Assembly: GCA_031404435.1 (NCBI GenBank)
Contig: JANNHO010000339.1
Coordinates: forward strand, 543 to 64,542
DNA length: 64,000 nucleotides
From: Acidimicrobiaceae bacterium
GTDB lineage: Bacteria; Actinomycetota; Acidimicrobiia; Acidimicrobiales; Ilumatobacteraceae
Direction: 5' to 3'
Shown here: piece after piece, positions 47,673 through 57,097 of the stretch
How positions within the stretch are numbered: the first letter of the stretch is position 1
How the letters are laid out: each line of letters opens with the position of its first letter
Position numbers and translations under genes: made by a program
The notes under the pieces: model-generated
What the model was told of the DNA's origin: nothing
What the model saw: the letters and a program-made list of their open reading frames with translations, nothing else
Databases searched by the model: none

Positions 47673-48471
47673 GCGGCACCGCGGCACGCTCGCCAACGCC
47701 GTGCTGGCCGCGTTGGTCGTCGTGCTGTATGCGCCGCTGGTGTTCCTCATCGTCGCCAGCTTCAACTCCAACCCAGCGTCAACCGCATGGGATGGGTTCA
47801 CCACTTCCTGGTACGTGAACGCGTTCGATGACCCGGCGCTGCGCAGGGCGGTCGGCGTCAGCGTGCGGCTGGCGTTGACGGCGTCGGCTCTGTCGGTGGT
47901 GGTGGGCACCGCTGCGGCGATCGCTGCCCGCAGGTCGCGCCTGCTGCTACGCGCCAACGCGGTGCTGGCAACCGCGCGTGTCGCCACACCGGAGATCATC
48001 CTCGCCACCGGGCTCGCCGCTCTGCTGCCCACACTGCAGATCGCATTCGGGTTCCGGCCGATGCTGATTGCCCACGTCGCCTACCTATCGGCGTACGTCA
48101 CCCTGATCGTCGGTGCCCGCGCCGCAGGGGCCAGCAGCGATCTCGAAGAAGCGGCGCTCGATCTCGGGGCCCGGCGATGGCAGGTGCTGCGAGACATCGT
48201 GTTGCCCGACCTCCGTCCGGCCATCGTGTCGGCGGGACTGCTCACCTTGGCGTTCTCGTTCGACGACGTGGCGCTCTCGCTGGCGTTGCGCGGCCCGAAC
48301 GACACCACGGTGCCGATCTACATCTTCTCCGCCGTTCAACGCCGGGTCACACCAGCGATCCATGCTGTCGGGGCGCTGATCGTGGCCGTCGGCGTGGTCG
48401 CGTTCGTTGCCGCCACGCTCGTGAACCGCGCCGTCGCCATGGGCGGCACCGAGGTTCACCGCCGACCGTAG
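47662..48471 (+). CDS. ABC transporter permease (PotC-like)
   Basis: Trimmed to ATG 47662 (11-nt overlap with the upstream gene). EEAALDLGARRWQVLRDIVLP is an EAA loop. Confidence 0.85.
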   Translation: MPRRRHRGTLANAVLAALVVVLYAPLVFLIVASFNSNPASTAWDGFTTSWYVNAFDDPALRRAVGVSVRLALTASALSVVVGTAAAIAARRSRLLLRANAVLATARVATPEIILATGLAALLPTLQIAFGFRPMLIAHVAYLSAYVTLIVGARAAGASSDLEEAALDLGARRWQVLRDIVLPDLRPAIVSAGLLTLAFSFDDVALSLALRGPNDTTVPIYIFSAVQRRVTPAIHAVGALIVAVGVVAFVAATLVNRAVAMGGTEVHRRP

Positions 48472-49268
48472 AAGCCCATCCGCTCGTCGTCGGTGAACGT
48501 CACGCCCGGCCGGTCGTAGTACGAGAACACCGCCACCACGCGGTCGCGGTGGCCCTCGACCGGTGTGACCCGGTGCGCCGTATCGATCCCACGGAAGACG
48601 TTCAGCGTGCCAGGCATGATCGCGCGTGTGATCACTTCGGGATCCTTGCCGGCGAGCAGCCGGGCGACTCCGTCATGGTTCGGATCATCGGCGGTGCGCA
48701 GGTCGCGGCGGTACTGGAACTCCCCGCCGGCCATCGGTGCCTGGAGCAGCAGCGTGACGGTGAACGCGGCACGGTCGAAGTGCCAGTTGAGCGCCTCGCC
48801 GTGCCGGTAGGACATCACGTTCACCCGGGCCATCGGGTCGTCCATGAGGTACAGACGCTCGGCGCCGATCACGTCTGCGAGCAATTGCCGCAGACCCCCG
48901 TGTTCGTAGATCGACACGACCGGCGACTGCGCCACCTGGTCGGCGCACACCGTTCGGTTGGTGGTCTCCATCAGCGCCAGCGCTGGATGGGTCGGGTCGA
49001 CGCCCGCGACAGCAGCGGCGAAGTAGATGTTGTGCCGCCGACGGTGGACGAAGCTGTGCCCGTCGATCAGCGGACGCAGGCTGCGTAGCGCAATGCCGAT
49101 CGCGTGAGCGGTGACGAACCGATCCAGGTTGAACATCCCGTCAGCGGCCAGATCGGCGCGGCACCGTTGCACGAGTGAGGCATACGCCACCGACCCCGGG
49201 TCGTGGAGCGGGTACGAGCTGAGATCGATCTCCGCCTCGATCGGCACTGGTGCAGGATGGTCAGACAT
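48456..49268 (-). CDS. Fe(II)/2-oxoglutarate-dependent oxygenase-like protein
   Basis: WHFDRAAF (HxD) followed later by a conserved His and RVV..F. 8-nt overlap with the upstream hydrolase gene. The family call is tentative. Confidence 0.55.
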   Translation of the reverse strand: MSDHPAPVPIEAEIDLSSYPLHDPGSVAYASLVQRCRADLAADGMFNLDRFVTAHAIGIALRSLRPLIDGHSFVHRRRHNIYFAAAVAGVDPTHPALALMETTNRTVCADQVAQSPVVSIYEHGGLRQLLADVIGAERLYLMDDPMARVNVMSYRHGEALNWHFDRAAFTVTLLLQAPMAGGEFQYRRDLRTADDPNHDGVARLLAGKDPEVITRAIMPGTLNVFRGIDTAHRVTPVEGHRDRVVAVFSYYDRPGVTFTDDERMGFYGRR

Positions 49269-51351
49269 GATCGCGGCGGATCAGGCGTTCGAAACGCCGT
49301 TCGGCAAACACCTCGTCGCCTTCATACGCGGTCAGTCGGGCTTCGATCAGGAACGTCTCCGCAGTGCAACTCATCACGATGTCACTCTCGACGCGCACGT
49401 CCCATTCGCCGCGACGGTAGGTGGCCCGGCATTCCACGCTGGCGGTTGCACTCAGTGGCTCGTCGTCGACCACCGACGACCAGCGCACCCGCGTGAACGT
49501 CTGCTCGGTGCCGATGTCGTCGAGTACGTACACACCGTCGTCTCGCGACGCAACGAACGTTGTCCGGCGCTCGCCAAGATCGTCGGTGATGTGGCGAGTT
49601 TCCGAGCCGTCGCGAACTACCGTCACCGGGCCGGCCTCGGTGTCCTCCGGCGGACCGAATACGTTGTCGGGCAGCTCGGTGAACCCCGTGAGCCCGCTGG
49701 TCACCGGCAGGTCGATTGTGGAGAAATCCTCGTGCACCGTGAGGGTGACCGGGTGCGGCGACGGCCAGATCATCGGCCACAGGCTGGTCGACACCGAGAC
49801 CCGCAATCGGTGCCCGGTCGGCACCGTCAGGGCGATTGGCTTCAGTTCGACCACCACGTCGTACGGCTGGCCCGATTCCAACGGCTCGGGGTGCTCATGG
49901 CTGTCGCGGTGGCACAGGTTGAGCACGCCGTAACTCAACCGTTCGACGGTTCCATCAGGGTGCACAGCGTTGAGCCGCACGGCCACCAGCGCGTTCGGCT
50001 GATCGCTGCTCACCCGCAGCCGGGCGTACGGGCGACCGGCAAGATCGATCGGCTCATCGAGTGGATCGCCGGTGTAGGTGAGCGATCCGGCGTCGTCGTA
50101 ACGCTGATCGAGCGGGAGCTCGGGGGCGATCTTCCCTAGCCCGTACGCACACCACTGTCCGCCGGCCAGGCCGGTCGTCTGTGGGGAACACACGGCGGCA
50201 ATGCAGGGTGGGGTGTCGCTGTGGCCGGTGTCGCAGTGCACGGTCTCGCTGGCGCCGGGGGCCACGAGTGCGTTCCGGGCGAACTGCAACGTGAACCGTT
50301 CCACCCCCGTCGGCCACTCCGCGAAGGCGATCCATCGGCCGACCCGTTCAGGGATGTGGCCCGCAGGGCGCTGCGATTCTTGTCGCCACATGCGCATCGC
50401 CGGGTCGTCGTCGACCCCGGTCGCGTGGCCGCACAGCCACCGGTCCCACCATCGCTTGGCTTCCTGTAGGAAGCCGATCGCCGGGCCGGGAACACCGTCC
50501 TGGGGGTACTTGTGGCCCCACGGCCCGACGATGCCCTTGCATGTCGACGACAAATTTTCGACCAGGTCGAACACTCCCGCGGTGTACCCGTCGGCCCACC
50601 CGCTGACCGCAAGCACGGGCACCTCGATGGCCGCATAGTCCTCGATCACCGAGCCGTGCTTCCAGAACGCGTCGCGTCGCTGGTGCTCGAGCCAGTCTGC
50701 GGGAGCGAGGCCGGCGTTGGCGATGCGGTCGCGCCACATGTCGCGCCAGCGATCGGCACCGACGACGTCGGGGTCGGGGGGAAAGCCGTTCATCGTGAAG
50801 AAGTACGCACCCCACTCGAGGTTTTCCTCGTTGAGGCAGCCACCGGTGAAGTGGACGTCGCCGTGGTAGCGGTCGACCGTGGAGCACAATGAAATCACCG
50901 CCTTCAGCGCTGGTGGGCGGCGGGCCGCGATCTGCAGACCGTTGAAGCCGCCCCACGAGATGCCGATCATGCCGACCGAGCCGGACGACCACGGCTGCCC
51001 AGCCAACCAGGCGATCACCTCGAGACCGTCGTCCTGCTCGCGCAGTGCGTACTCGTCGCCGACCAGGCCGTCGGAATCGCCCATCCCGGCGATGTCCACG
51101 CGGGCGCAGGCGTAGCCGTTGGCGGCGAACCACCGGTGCATTCCCTCGTCGCCGAGTCGGGTGCCGTCGCGGCGGCGGTACGGGATGTATTCCAGGATCA
51201 CCGGGGCCGGATCGGTAGCGGCTCCTTTCGGCAGGAACAACCGGACGGCGAGACGGCGCCCGTCGGACATCGGAATCCATTCGGTCTCGATCTCGTCGAT
51301 GAGGTGCAGGACATCCCGGTGCGCAGCGATGGGCGAAGCGTAGGCCCCCAC
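49261..51351 (-). CDS. CocE/NonD family hydrolase (S15 X-Pro dipeptidyl-peptidase-like)
   Basis: ILEYIPYRRRDGT, RVDIAGMGDSDG and GISWGG nucleophile motifs. 696 aa, GTG start. Confidence 0.85.
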   Translation of the reverse strand: MGAYASPIAAHRDVLHLIDEIETEWIPMSDGRRLAVRLFLPKGAATDPAPVILEYIPYRRRDGTRLGDEGMHRWFAANGYACARVDIAGMGDSDGLVGDEYALREQDDGLEVIAWLAGQPWSSGSVGMIGISWGGFNGLQIAARRPPALKAVISLCSTVDRYHGDVHFTGGCLNEENLEWGAYFFTMNGFPPDPDVVGADRWRDMWRDRIANAGLAPADWLEHQRRDAFWKHGSVIEDYAAIEVPVLAVSGWADGYTAGVFDLVENLSSTCKGIVGPWGHKYPQDGVPGPAIGFLQEAKRWWDRWLCGHATGVDDDPAMRMWRQESQRPAGHIPERVGRWIAFAEWPTGVERFTLQFARNALVAPGASETVHCDTGHSDTPPCIAAVCSPQTTGLAGGQWCAYGLGKIAPELPLDQRYDDAGSLTYTGDPLDEPIDLAGRPYARLRVSSDQPNALVAVRLNAVHPDGTVERLSYGVLNLCHRDSHEHPEPLESGQPYDVVVELKPIALTVPTGHRLRVSVSTSLWPMIWPSPHPVTLTVHEDFSTIDLPVTSGLTGFTELPDNVFGPPEDTEAGPVTVVRDGSETRHITDDLGERRTTFVASRDDGVYVLDDIGTEQTFTRVRWSSVVDDEPLSATASVECRATYRRGEWDVRVESDIVMSCTAETFLIEARLTAYEGDEVFAERRFERLIRRDHV

Positions 51352-51388
51352 TCAGCCGGTCACGATGTCGAGGCCGGCGAGATGTAGC

Positions 51389-53893
51389 TCAGCTGGCGTA
51401 GATCGTCAGGGTGCGGGTGGCCAGGTTCCTGCCGGTGATCCAGTGCGTGTAGTCGATGTGCGCCCGGTACTCGCCCGCGCGGGGCGGCAACAGCAACAGG
51501 TCGTAGCGTTCGGCCGAACCGAACGCGACCCGGTCGGTCATGACCGGGCGCCCCATGGCACGCATGAGCGGGCTCGGTCCGGCAGGGTTGGACGTATCGC
51601 GCAGCGGTCGACCATCGTGGGCGATCAGTTCGCCGATCCTTGCCGGTGTCACCCCGTCGGCCTCGGTGATCCGTAGCCGGCACGGAAAGTAGCTCGCGTT
51701 GACGGCGCGCAGCAATGACGGAGCCTTGCCGCTACCGACGACGTTCGCCCGGATCTCGCTCAGGACCTGCACACCGCCGGTCGTCGGTGCCGGCCGCGAC
51801 AGGTTCCCGCCGAGGATGTAGAAGTGCGTGGGATCGAAGCGGTTCAGCCCCACGTCTTCACCGGACAGTCCGGCGGCATGGCCCAACTGGTGCCAACGCG
51901 GGTCAACCGTGTACGGCACCAGCAGCGTCTCCGTGGCGATGTCGTACTCCGGTCCGTCGACGAAGGAACGGCGGGTCCTGCCCGGTGTCACCGGATAGCT
52001 CGGGTGAACGATTGGGTCGATGATCAGCGACCCGAACATGCCCAACTGCACATGCAGCACCGTGTTGACGTGGCAGTGGTAGAAGTACGTGCCAGACGAG
52101 CCCTTGTTCGGGTCGCCCGGAACGCCACGCTCGGGCGACCACTGGTACGTGTACTCGCCCGTCACCTCGAACGAGGTGTGGCCGACACCGTCGTTGCGCG
52201 GGTCGGGCTCCTGTCCGTGGATGTGGATCGTGTGCACCCGCTTCGATGCTTTCAGTAGCAAGTGGATCAGTTCACCCTCGGTGGCGCGCAGAAGCGGTGA
52301 TGGAAGACCCCGGCCGGACGTGGCGTCCTCGAAACCCCAGATCTCGTGCTCGGCACCGTCGGGGAAGCGCAGCCTGCGGTTGAAGAACTTGCGCAGGAAC
52401 GTGCGGTCGGGCGTTTTGCGGAACTCGGTCGCGGGGCTGCCCTCCTTCGGTTGATCCACGGCGAACGCAACCTGGGTCGGATAGGTGTGGTGCTCCGCCG
52501 TCGGCGCCGCCGGGCCCGCAAGGGTCGGAGGGGCCATCACCCAGTCAGCCATCAACCCACCCGGGTACAGCCCACCGTGGGCGGTTTGCGAGGTCTCGGC
52601 ATGACAGTGCATGGGATAGTGCCAGTCCTCCGTTCGCGCCGCGAACACCTCTGGGAGCGCGTCGGGCGGCGGTTTCAACGGGAGCACGACCACCTTGCGG
52701 TCGAGCGGGTCGAGCTCGACGGTGTCCTCCCAGTGCTGCAACAGCACATGGCCCTCCTCGTCGATCCCGCCGGTGGTGCGGCTGTAGTCGACAGCGTTGT
52801 TGCGCAGTGTCCACACGTGATTGCCGTGGAAGTGCATCTGGTGAACCGCGACGCCGGCGTTGACCATCCGGATCATCTGCCCGGAGACAACGGTGGTGGC
52901 TGTCGCAGATGCGCTGAAGTTGCGCACGTCGGTGCGCCGCGGTGACCCGGCGACGAGCGTTTCCTCGTGGCTGGCGAGGTTGATCTCCTCGTTCTCGGTC
53001 ACGGCAACCGATTCGAACCCGGCACGGCCGTTGAGTGTGAAGTACGCCGGCACGGCCGGGGTGGCGACGGGGTCGATGGTCTCGCCGAGATGTGCTCGGC
53101 GGCCCCACACCGGGTCGATGTCGTGGCAGATCCACAGCCACTGGCGCTCGAACTCGGCACCGCCAGAAGTGAGTCGCCAGTGATCGTCGGCCGGTACGAC
53201 GACGAGCACGCCGAACAGCCCCAGCGTCCGCTGCACCGATCCGCCTCCCGGATCGGCGAAGACGTAGGTGCCGGCGGCGGGCGCGCTCAGCTCGAGGGTT
53301 GCCGTTTGTCCAGGAGCAATCGTCCCGGTGGTGGCGAGCCCAAGAAACGACAGCTCGTGGGGCTGCGTCAACGTGTTGTGAACGCGGAGGCGGATGCGAC
53401 TGCCGGTCTCGGCGATGATGGTTCGTGCCGGGAAGTAGCTGCCCCAGTGCTTGCGTTTCAAGGCGTACACGAGCGGGTCACCGACAACCGGGTGGGCCGG
53501 CGACGGTCGGCCCTTCGGGGGCGGCGCAGCAGTCGGTGGGAACAGGCGGTCGGCCACCATCCGACCATCGGCGAAGAAGATGTGCGGGGTCGCGGTGAGG
53601 CTCGGAGATGGATCATTGATCGTGGTCGGCCGATTGCCGAAGCCGCGCATGTACACCATCGCCCCGTCGACCATCGGCACGTACCCCTCGTTGACGTACA
53701 GGTCGAGTACGCCGTCGTTCGGCACGATGCGGCTCGGGGTCGACGCTGCCGCCGAACCGCGTAGCAAACTCGCGGCCCCGGCACCAGCGGTGACGGCCCC
53801 CACCGCGGCACCGTAGCGAAGCACATCGCGCCTCGTCGGAGCATCGGCATCCGCTGCCGTGGCAGGCCCAGTAGAGATGTCCGGTGATGTCAT
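51389..53893 (-). CDS. large TAT-exported multicopper oxidase (835 aa, atypical motif order)
   Basis: Track ORF 51389..54553 trimmed to ATG 53893. TRRDVLRYGAAVGAV is the TAT signal. Copper motifs are HQMHFHG, HYPMHCH, HTIHIHG and YFYHCH....H....GM. Confidence 0.82.
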   Translation of the reverse strand: MTSPDISTGPATAADADAPTRRDVLRYGAAVGAVTAGAGAASLLRGSAAASTPSRIVPNDGVLDLYVNEGYVPMVDGAMVYMRGFGNRPTTINDPSPSLTATPHIFFADGRMVADRLFPPTAAPPPKGRPSPAHPVVGDPLVYALKRKHWGSYFPARTIIAETGSRIRLRVHNTLTQPHELSFLGLATTGTIAPGQTATLELSAPAAGTYVFADPGGGSVQRTLGLFGVLVVVPADDHWRLTSGGAEFERQWLWICHDIDPVWGRRAHLGETIDPVATPAVPAYFTLNGRAGFESVAVTENEEINLASHEETLVAGSPRRTDVRNFSASATATTVVSGQMIRMVNAGVAVHQMHFHGNHVWTLRNNAVDYSRTTGGIDEEGHVLLQHWEDTVELDPLDRKVVVLPLKPPPDALPEVFAARTEDWHYPMHCHAETSQTAHGGLYPGGLMADWVMAPPTLAGPAAPTAEHHTYPTQVAFAVDQPKEGSPATEFRKTPDRTFLRKFFNRRLRFPDGAEHEIWGFEDATSGRGLPSPLLRATEGELIHLLLKASKRVHTIHIHGQEPDPRNDGVGHTSFEVTGEYTYQWSPERGVPGDPNKGSSGTYFYHCHVNTVLHVQLGMFGSLIIDPIVHPSYPVTPGRTRRSFVDGPEYDIATETLLVPYTVDPRWHQLGHAAGLSGEDVGLNRFDPTHFYILGGNLSRPAPTTGGVQVLSEIRANVVGSGKAPSLLRAVNASYFPCRLRITEADGVTPARIGELIAHDGRPLRDTSNPAGPSPLMRAMGRPVMTDRVAFGSAERYDLLLLPPRAGEYRAHIDYTHWITGRNLATRTLTIYAS

Positions 53894-54534
53894 TGGGTGC
53901 CCCCGTTGGTGGCGAGTGGTGCGACTTCGAGCACGAACGTGGTCGGCACGGGCCGGGCGACGTCGTCGTAGGACAGGCTCAACGTTGCCGCTCCGCCCGG
54001 TGGGGCGAGGTAGCTGATCCAGCCGCTGACGGTGGTATGCGCAGCGACTTCGCGGACCGCGAGCTCGAAGTCGTATGGCGCGACGCTCGGCCCATCGGGG
54101 CCGACCTGCAAGCGGAACTGTCCGGGCGAGAGCAGGATCGGCCGGTCCAAGCCGTTGTGCACTTCGATGTCGACGCGCAAGGCGTCGGCCCAGGGGTTGT
54201 GCGCCGCGACCGTGGCGTCGTCTGCTGTTGCTGCAGCGTGGCCACCGTGGCTCGCTTGCGCGGCCCGTGGGGTACGTGGGGCGAGCGATGCCGACACGAC
54301 GGCGACACTGCCGAAGCTCGTCGGCGCGCCGCGACCTCGAGTGATGACGGTCGCGCCGGACTCGTCGCGGATGGTCGACACGATCGCCGGTGCTGCAACT
54401 GCCCCAGCAGCCGCAACTGCGCCGGCCCCGAGCAGCACGGTGAACACCTGCCGTCGCGACCAGCGCTCGGAGGTGGCCGCTGCAGAGCGGCCTGCTGCGG
54501 TGCCTCGCGGTGAAACCAGTGCGTGGTCGTGCAT
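53890..54534 (-). CDS. TAT-signal secreted protein of unknown function, co-transcribed with the multicopper oxidase
   Basis: Trimmed to ATG 54534 (AAGGGG RBS). SRRQVFTVLLGAGAVAAAGA signal and a SHGGHAA His patch. ATGA overlap with the MCO start. Confidence 0.5.
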   Translation of the reverse strand: MHDHALVSPRGTAAGRSAAATSERWSRRQVFTVLLGAGAVAAAGAVAAPAIVSTIRDESGATVITRGRGAPTSFGSVAVVSASLAPRTPRAAQASHGGHAAATADDATVAAHNPWADALRVDIEVHNGLDRPILLSPGQFRLQVGPDGPSVAPYDFELAVREVAAHTTVSGWISYLAPPGGAATLSLSYDDVARPVPTTFVLEVAPLATNGGTQ

Positions 54535-54658
54535 GTCCGCCCCTTTTGCCCATACGACTTGTTGGGCTCCCTTCGTACGACCGCAGCCTTCGGAAAACCT
54601 TTGAGCGGTGCCGGTGGGATCAGGGTGCGTTGGGAACAGATCCATCCCCGGCGGCGGC

Positions 54659-55498
54659 ATGCGGCGTAGCGTTGGGGGTGTGGATGATGTCGTCACGTCG
54701 CCGCGGCGCGAGATTCGGCCGCCGGATCGGATCTTGCAGTTGGCCGAGAGTCGCGCAGTGTTCGAGTTCGGCGCGTTCTTAGCTGCTTCGCCAGCGCTGC
54801 GTTTCGCCGGACGCGGTGACCGTCATCCGGTGCTCGTGCTGCCCGGCTTTACTGCGGGGGACCGGTCGACGGCACCGCTGCGGGCGGTGCTGCGGTCGCA
54901 GGGCTACTGGACGCACGGGTGGCAGCTCGGGCCGAACTACGGCCCAACTGACCGCATCGTCGGCGGACTCGCCCGGCGGTTACAGCAACTCTACGAACGA
55001 CACGAACAGCCAGTGAGCTTGATCGGGTGGAGCCTCGGTGGCATCTATGCCCGCGAACTGGCCCGATTACAACCGTCCAGGGTCCGTCAGGTGATCACTC
55101 TGGGTTCGCCGTTCCGGATGGTCGACGGTGATCGCTCGGCTGCCTCGGGCCTGGCCGACCGGATGGCCAAGCGGTTCAGTAGCGAGTGGACTGCGCTCGC
55201 GCTCGACGAGGCCAATCGGGCCCCGCTGACCGTGCCGTCGACGGCGATCTACTCACGCACCGATGGGGTGTGCCGCTGGCACACCTGCATTGACGAAGTC
55301 TCCCACACCCATGAAAACATTGAGGTCCGCGGCAGCCACTCGGGTCTCGGCTTCAACCCGGCAGTGATCGTCGCCGTATCGGATCGGCTCGCCCAGCGTC
55401 GCGGCGAATGGCGCCCGTTCAAACCGCCGCTGACGATGCGTCACGCGTTCCCCCGACCCGCCTCGTTCGAGCCCCTTACCGCGCCCGGGCTTTCGTAG
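54659..55498 (+). CDS. alpha/beta hydrolase
   Basis: VLVLPGF...D and the GWSLGG nucleophile elbow. ATG 54659 chosen from track ORF 54608..55498. Confidence 0.7.
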   Translation: MRRSVGGVDDVVTSPRREIRPPDRILQLAESRAVFEFGAFLAASPALRFAGRGDRHPVLVLPGFTAGDRSTAPLRAVLRSQGYWTHGWQLGPNYGPTDRIVGGLARRLQQLYERHEQPVSLIGWSLGGIYARELARLQPSRVRQVITLGSPFRMVDGDRSAASGLADRMAKRFSSEWTALALDEANRAPLTVPSTAIYSRTDGVCRWHTCIDEVSHTHENIEVRGSHSGLGFNPAVIVAVSDRLAQRRGEWRPFKPPLTMRHAFPRPASFEPLTAPGLS

Positions 55499-57035
55499 CC
55501 GGGGCCTTCTTGACCGGTGCTTTCTTGACGGGGGCCTGCTTGGCCGGGGCACGCTTGACGGGGGCCTTCTCGGCGGGGACGGCGCAGGCGACAAGGAGTT
55601 GATTCACCTCGTCGACGCACAAGTCGACGAGGTCTTCGAGGTCGGGCACCAGCTCGCGGCACGCGACCAGGCCGAAGTCGAGCGTGTCGACGTAGCTCTG
55701 CACCGTGATGTTCAAGCCTTGACCGTCGATCACGGTCGACACCGGATAGAAGTGCTTCATCGTGGCTCCCGCCAGGTACAGCGGTTGGCGGGGACCTGGG
55801 ACGTTGGAGATGACCAGGTTGACCGGCGGGTTCATCCGGTCGGCGATGCGGGTCGCGGCGGCCATCCGGATCGCCCGCGTGGCCAACGCCGGCGTGGCGA
55901 ACTGGGTGAACTCGGCGATCAGATCAGCTGGCAACATGTCGAACTGATGCTTGGCGGCGTCCATCGTCTCGTGCACCGCGTGCACACGTTCGACGGGGTC
56001 GTCGAGGTCGGTCGGTAGTGTCGATACCAGTGCCGACACCCGGTTGGTCCAGATGTCGGCCTCGTCGCCGCTGCGGATCGAGATCGGCACCATCGCCACC
56101 AACGCCTCGGCCGGCAAGGCGTCGTGGCCGTGCAGGTAGCGGCGCAACGCCCCGGCGCACACGGCCATGACGACATCGTTGACCGTTGCCCCGAGATGGT
56201 TCTTGATCGTCTTGATGTCGTCGAGCGGTACGGAGCGCATCGCGAATCGGCGGTGCGCGGTGATCGACGCGTTGAACGGCGTGCGCGGCGCAGCGCGTAG
56301 CGGCATCGTCGGTGGCCGGTCGCGGGTGTCGGCTTGCCGCCCGCGAGGGAGTCGGCGACGGATTGCGTCGAGCACGCTGGCCATCTCCACCCCGCGCACG
56401 GCGGTGGCTGCTTCGCTCATGGCTCGCAGGCCGAGCCGCGCCGCTCGACCCGGGTTCGCGGCCAGGTGCAGCGCGGCCTGGCGGAGCACGTCGTTCGTGG
56501 AGGGAACCTTGTCGACAGGCCACGGATGCAGGCCGTTATCGGCATGCTCGGGTGGGTGCGGCTCGGCGTCGAGCATGATCGTCAACAGTTCCACCCCGGA
56601 CGCTCCGTCGATGGTTGCGTGGTGCACCTTGGTGAGGATCGCGAAGTCGTCGTCGGGGAGACCTTCGATCACGTACGCCTCCCACAGCGGGCGGCTCCGG
56701 TCGAGCGGACGGCCGATCAGCCGAGCCACTTGCTCGGACAGCTGCGCCTGACTCCCCGGCGCGGGCAGACCAAGGTGGCGGACGTGGAAGTCGAGATCGA
56801 AATCGGGGTCGAGGATCCAGAACGGTCGATCGAGCCCCATCGGCACCTCGACCAGCCTCCGCCGGAACGGATCGATCAGGTGCATGCGCGCTTCGAGCTG
56901 CGACCGGAACGCTTCGAACGGTTCGAACGATGGATCGTTCGGCCGCCGGTACACCGACAGGCTTGAGACATGCCCGAATGATGTGGCCGTTTCCATGTAG
57001 AGGAATCCGGCATCCAATCCGCTGAGCTGTTTCAT
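55476..57035 (-). CDS. wax ester synthase / diacylglycerol acyltransferase (WS/DGAT)
   Basis: Trimmed to ATG 57035 (MKQLSGLDAGFLYMET). HHATIDGASG is the catalytic HHxxxDG motif. The C-terminal tail is Lys/Ala/Pro-rich. Confidence 0.9.
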   Translation of the reverse strand: MKQLSGLDAGFLYMETATSFGHVSSLSVYRRPNDPSFEPFEAFRSQLEARMHLIDPFRRRLVEVPMGLDRPFWILDPDFDLDFHVRHLGLPAPGSQAQLSEQVARLIGRPLDRSRPLWEAYVIEGLPDDDFAILTKVHHATIDGASGVELLTIMLDAEPHPPEHADNGLHPWPVDKVPSTNDVLRQAALHLAANPGRAARLGLRAMSEAATAVRGVEMASVLDAIRRRLPRGRQADTRDRPPTMPLRAAPRTPFNASITAHRRFAMRSVPLDDIKTIKNHLGATVNDVVMAVCAGALRRYLHGHDALPAEALVAMVPISIRSGDEADIWTNRVSALVSTLPTDLDDPVERVHAVHETMDAAKHQFDMLPADLIAEFTQFATPALATRAIRMAAATRIADRMNPPVNLVISNVPGPRQPLYLAGATMKHFYPVSTVIDGQGLNITVQSYVDTLDFGLVACRELVPDLEDLVDLCVDEVNQLLVACAVPAEKAPVKRAPAKQAPVKKAPVKKAPATKARAR

Positions 57036-57097
57036 CGTGCTCCGATCCTCGTGATGTCGGTCATCCTGCCACGCGGACACCTGGTGTTCGAGCCCGA

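Noticed and set aside
51389-54553. 1054-aa ORF in the track
   Set aside because: The N-terminal 220 aa is Arg/Pro-rich out-of-frame read-through across the separate TAT-protein gene (53890..54534). The true MCO start is the ATG at 53893, with a TAT signal.
55429-55445. GCTGACG-ATG-CGTCACG near-match to the operator motif
   Set aside because: Two mismatches at the outer positions. It sits inside the 3' coding region of the alpha/beta hydrolase and is not near any start codon.
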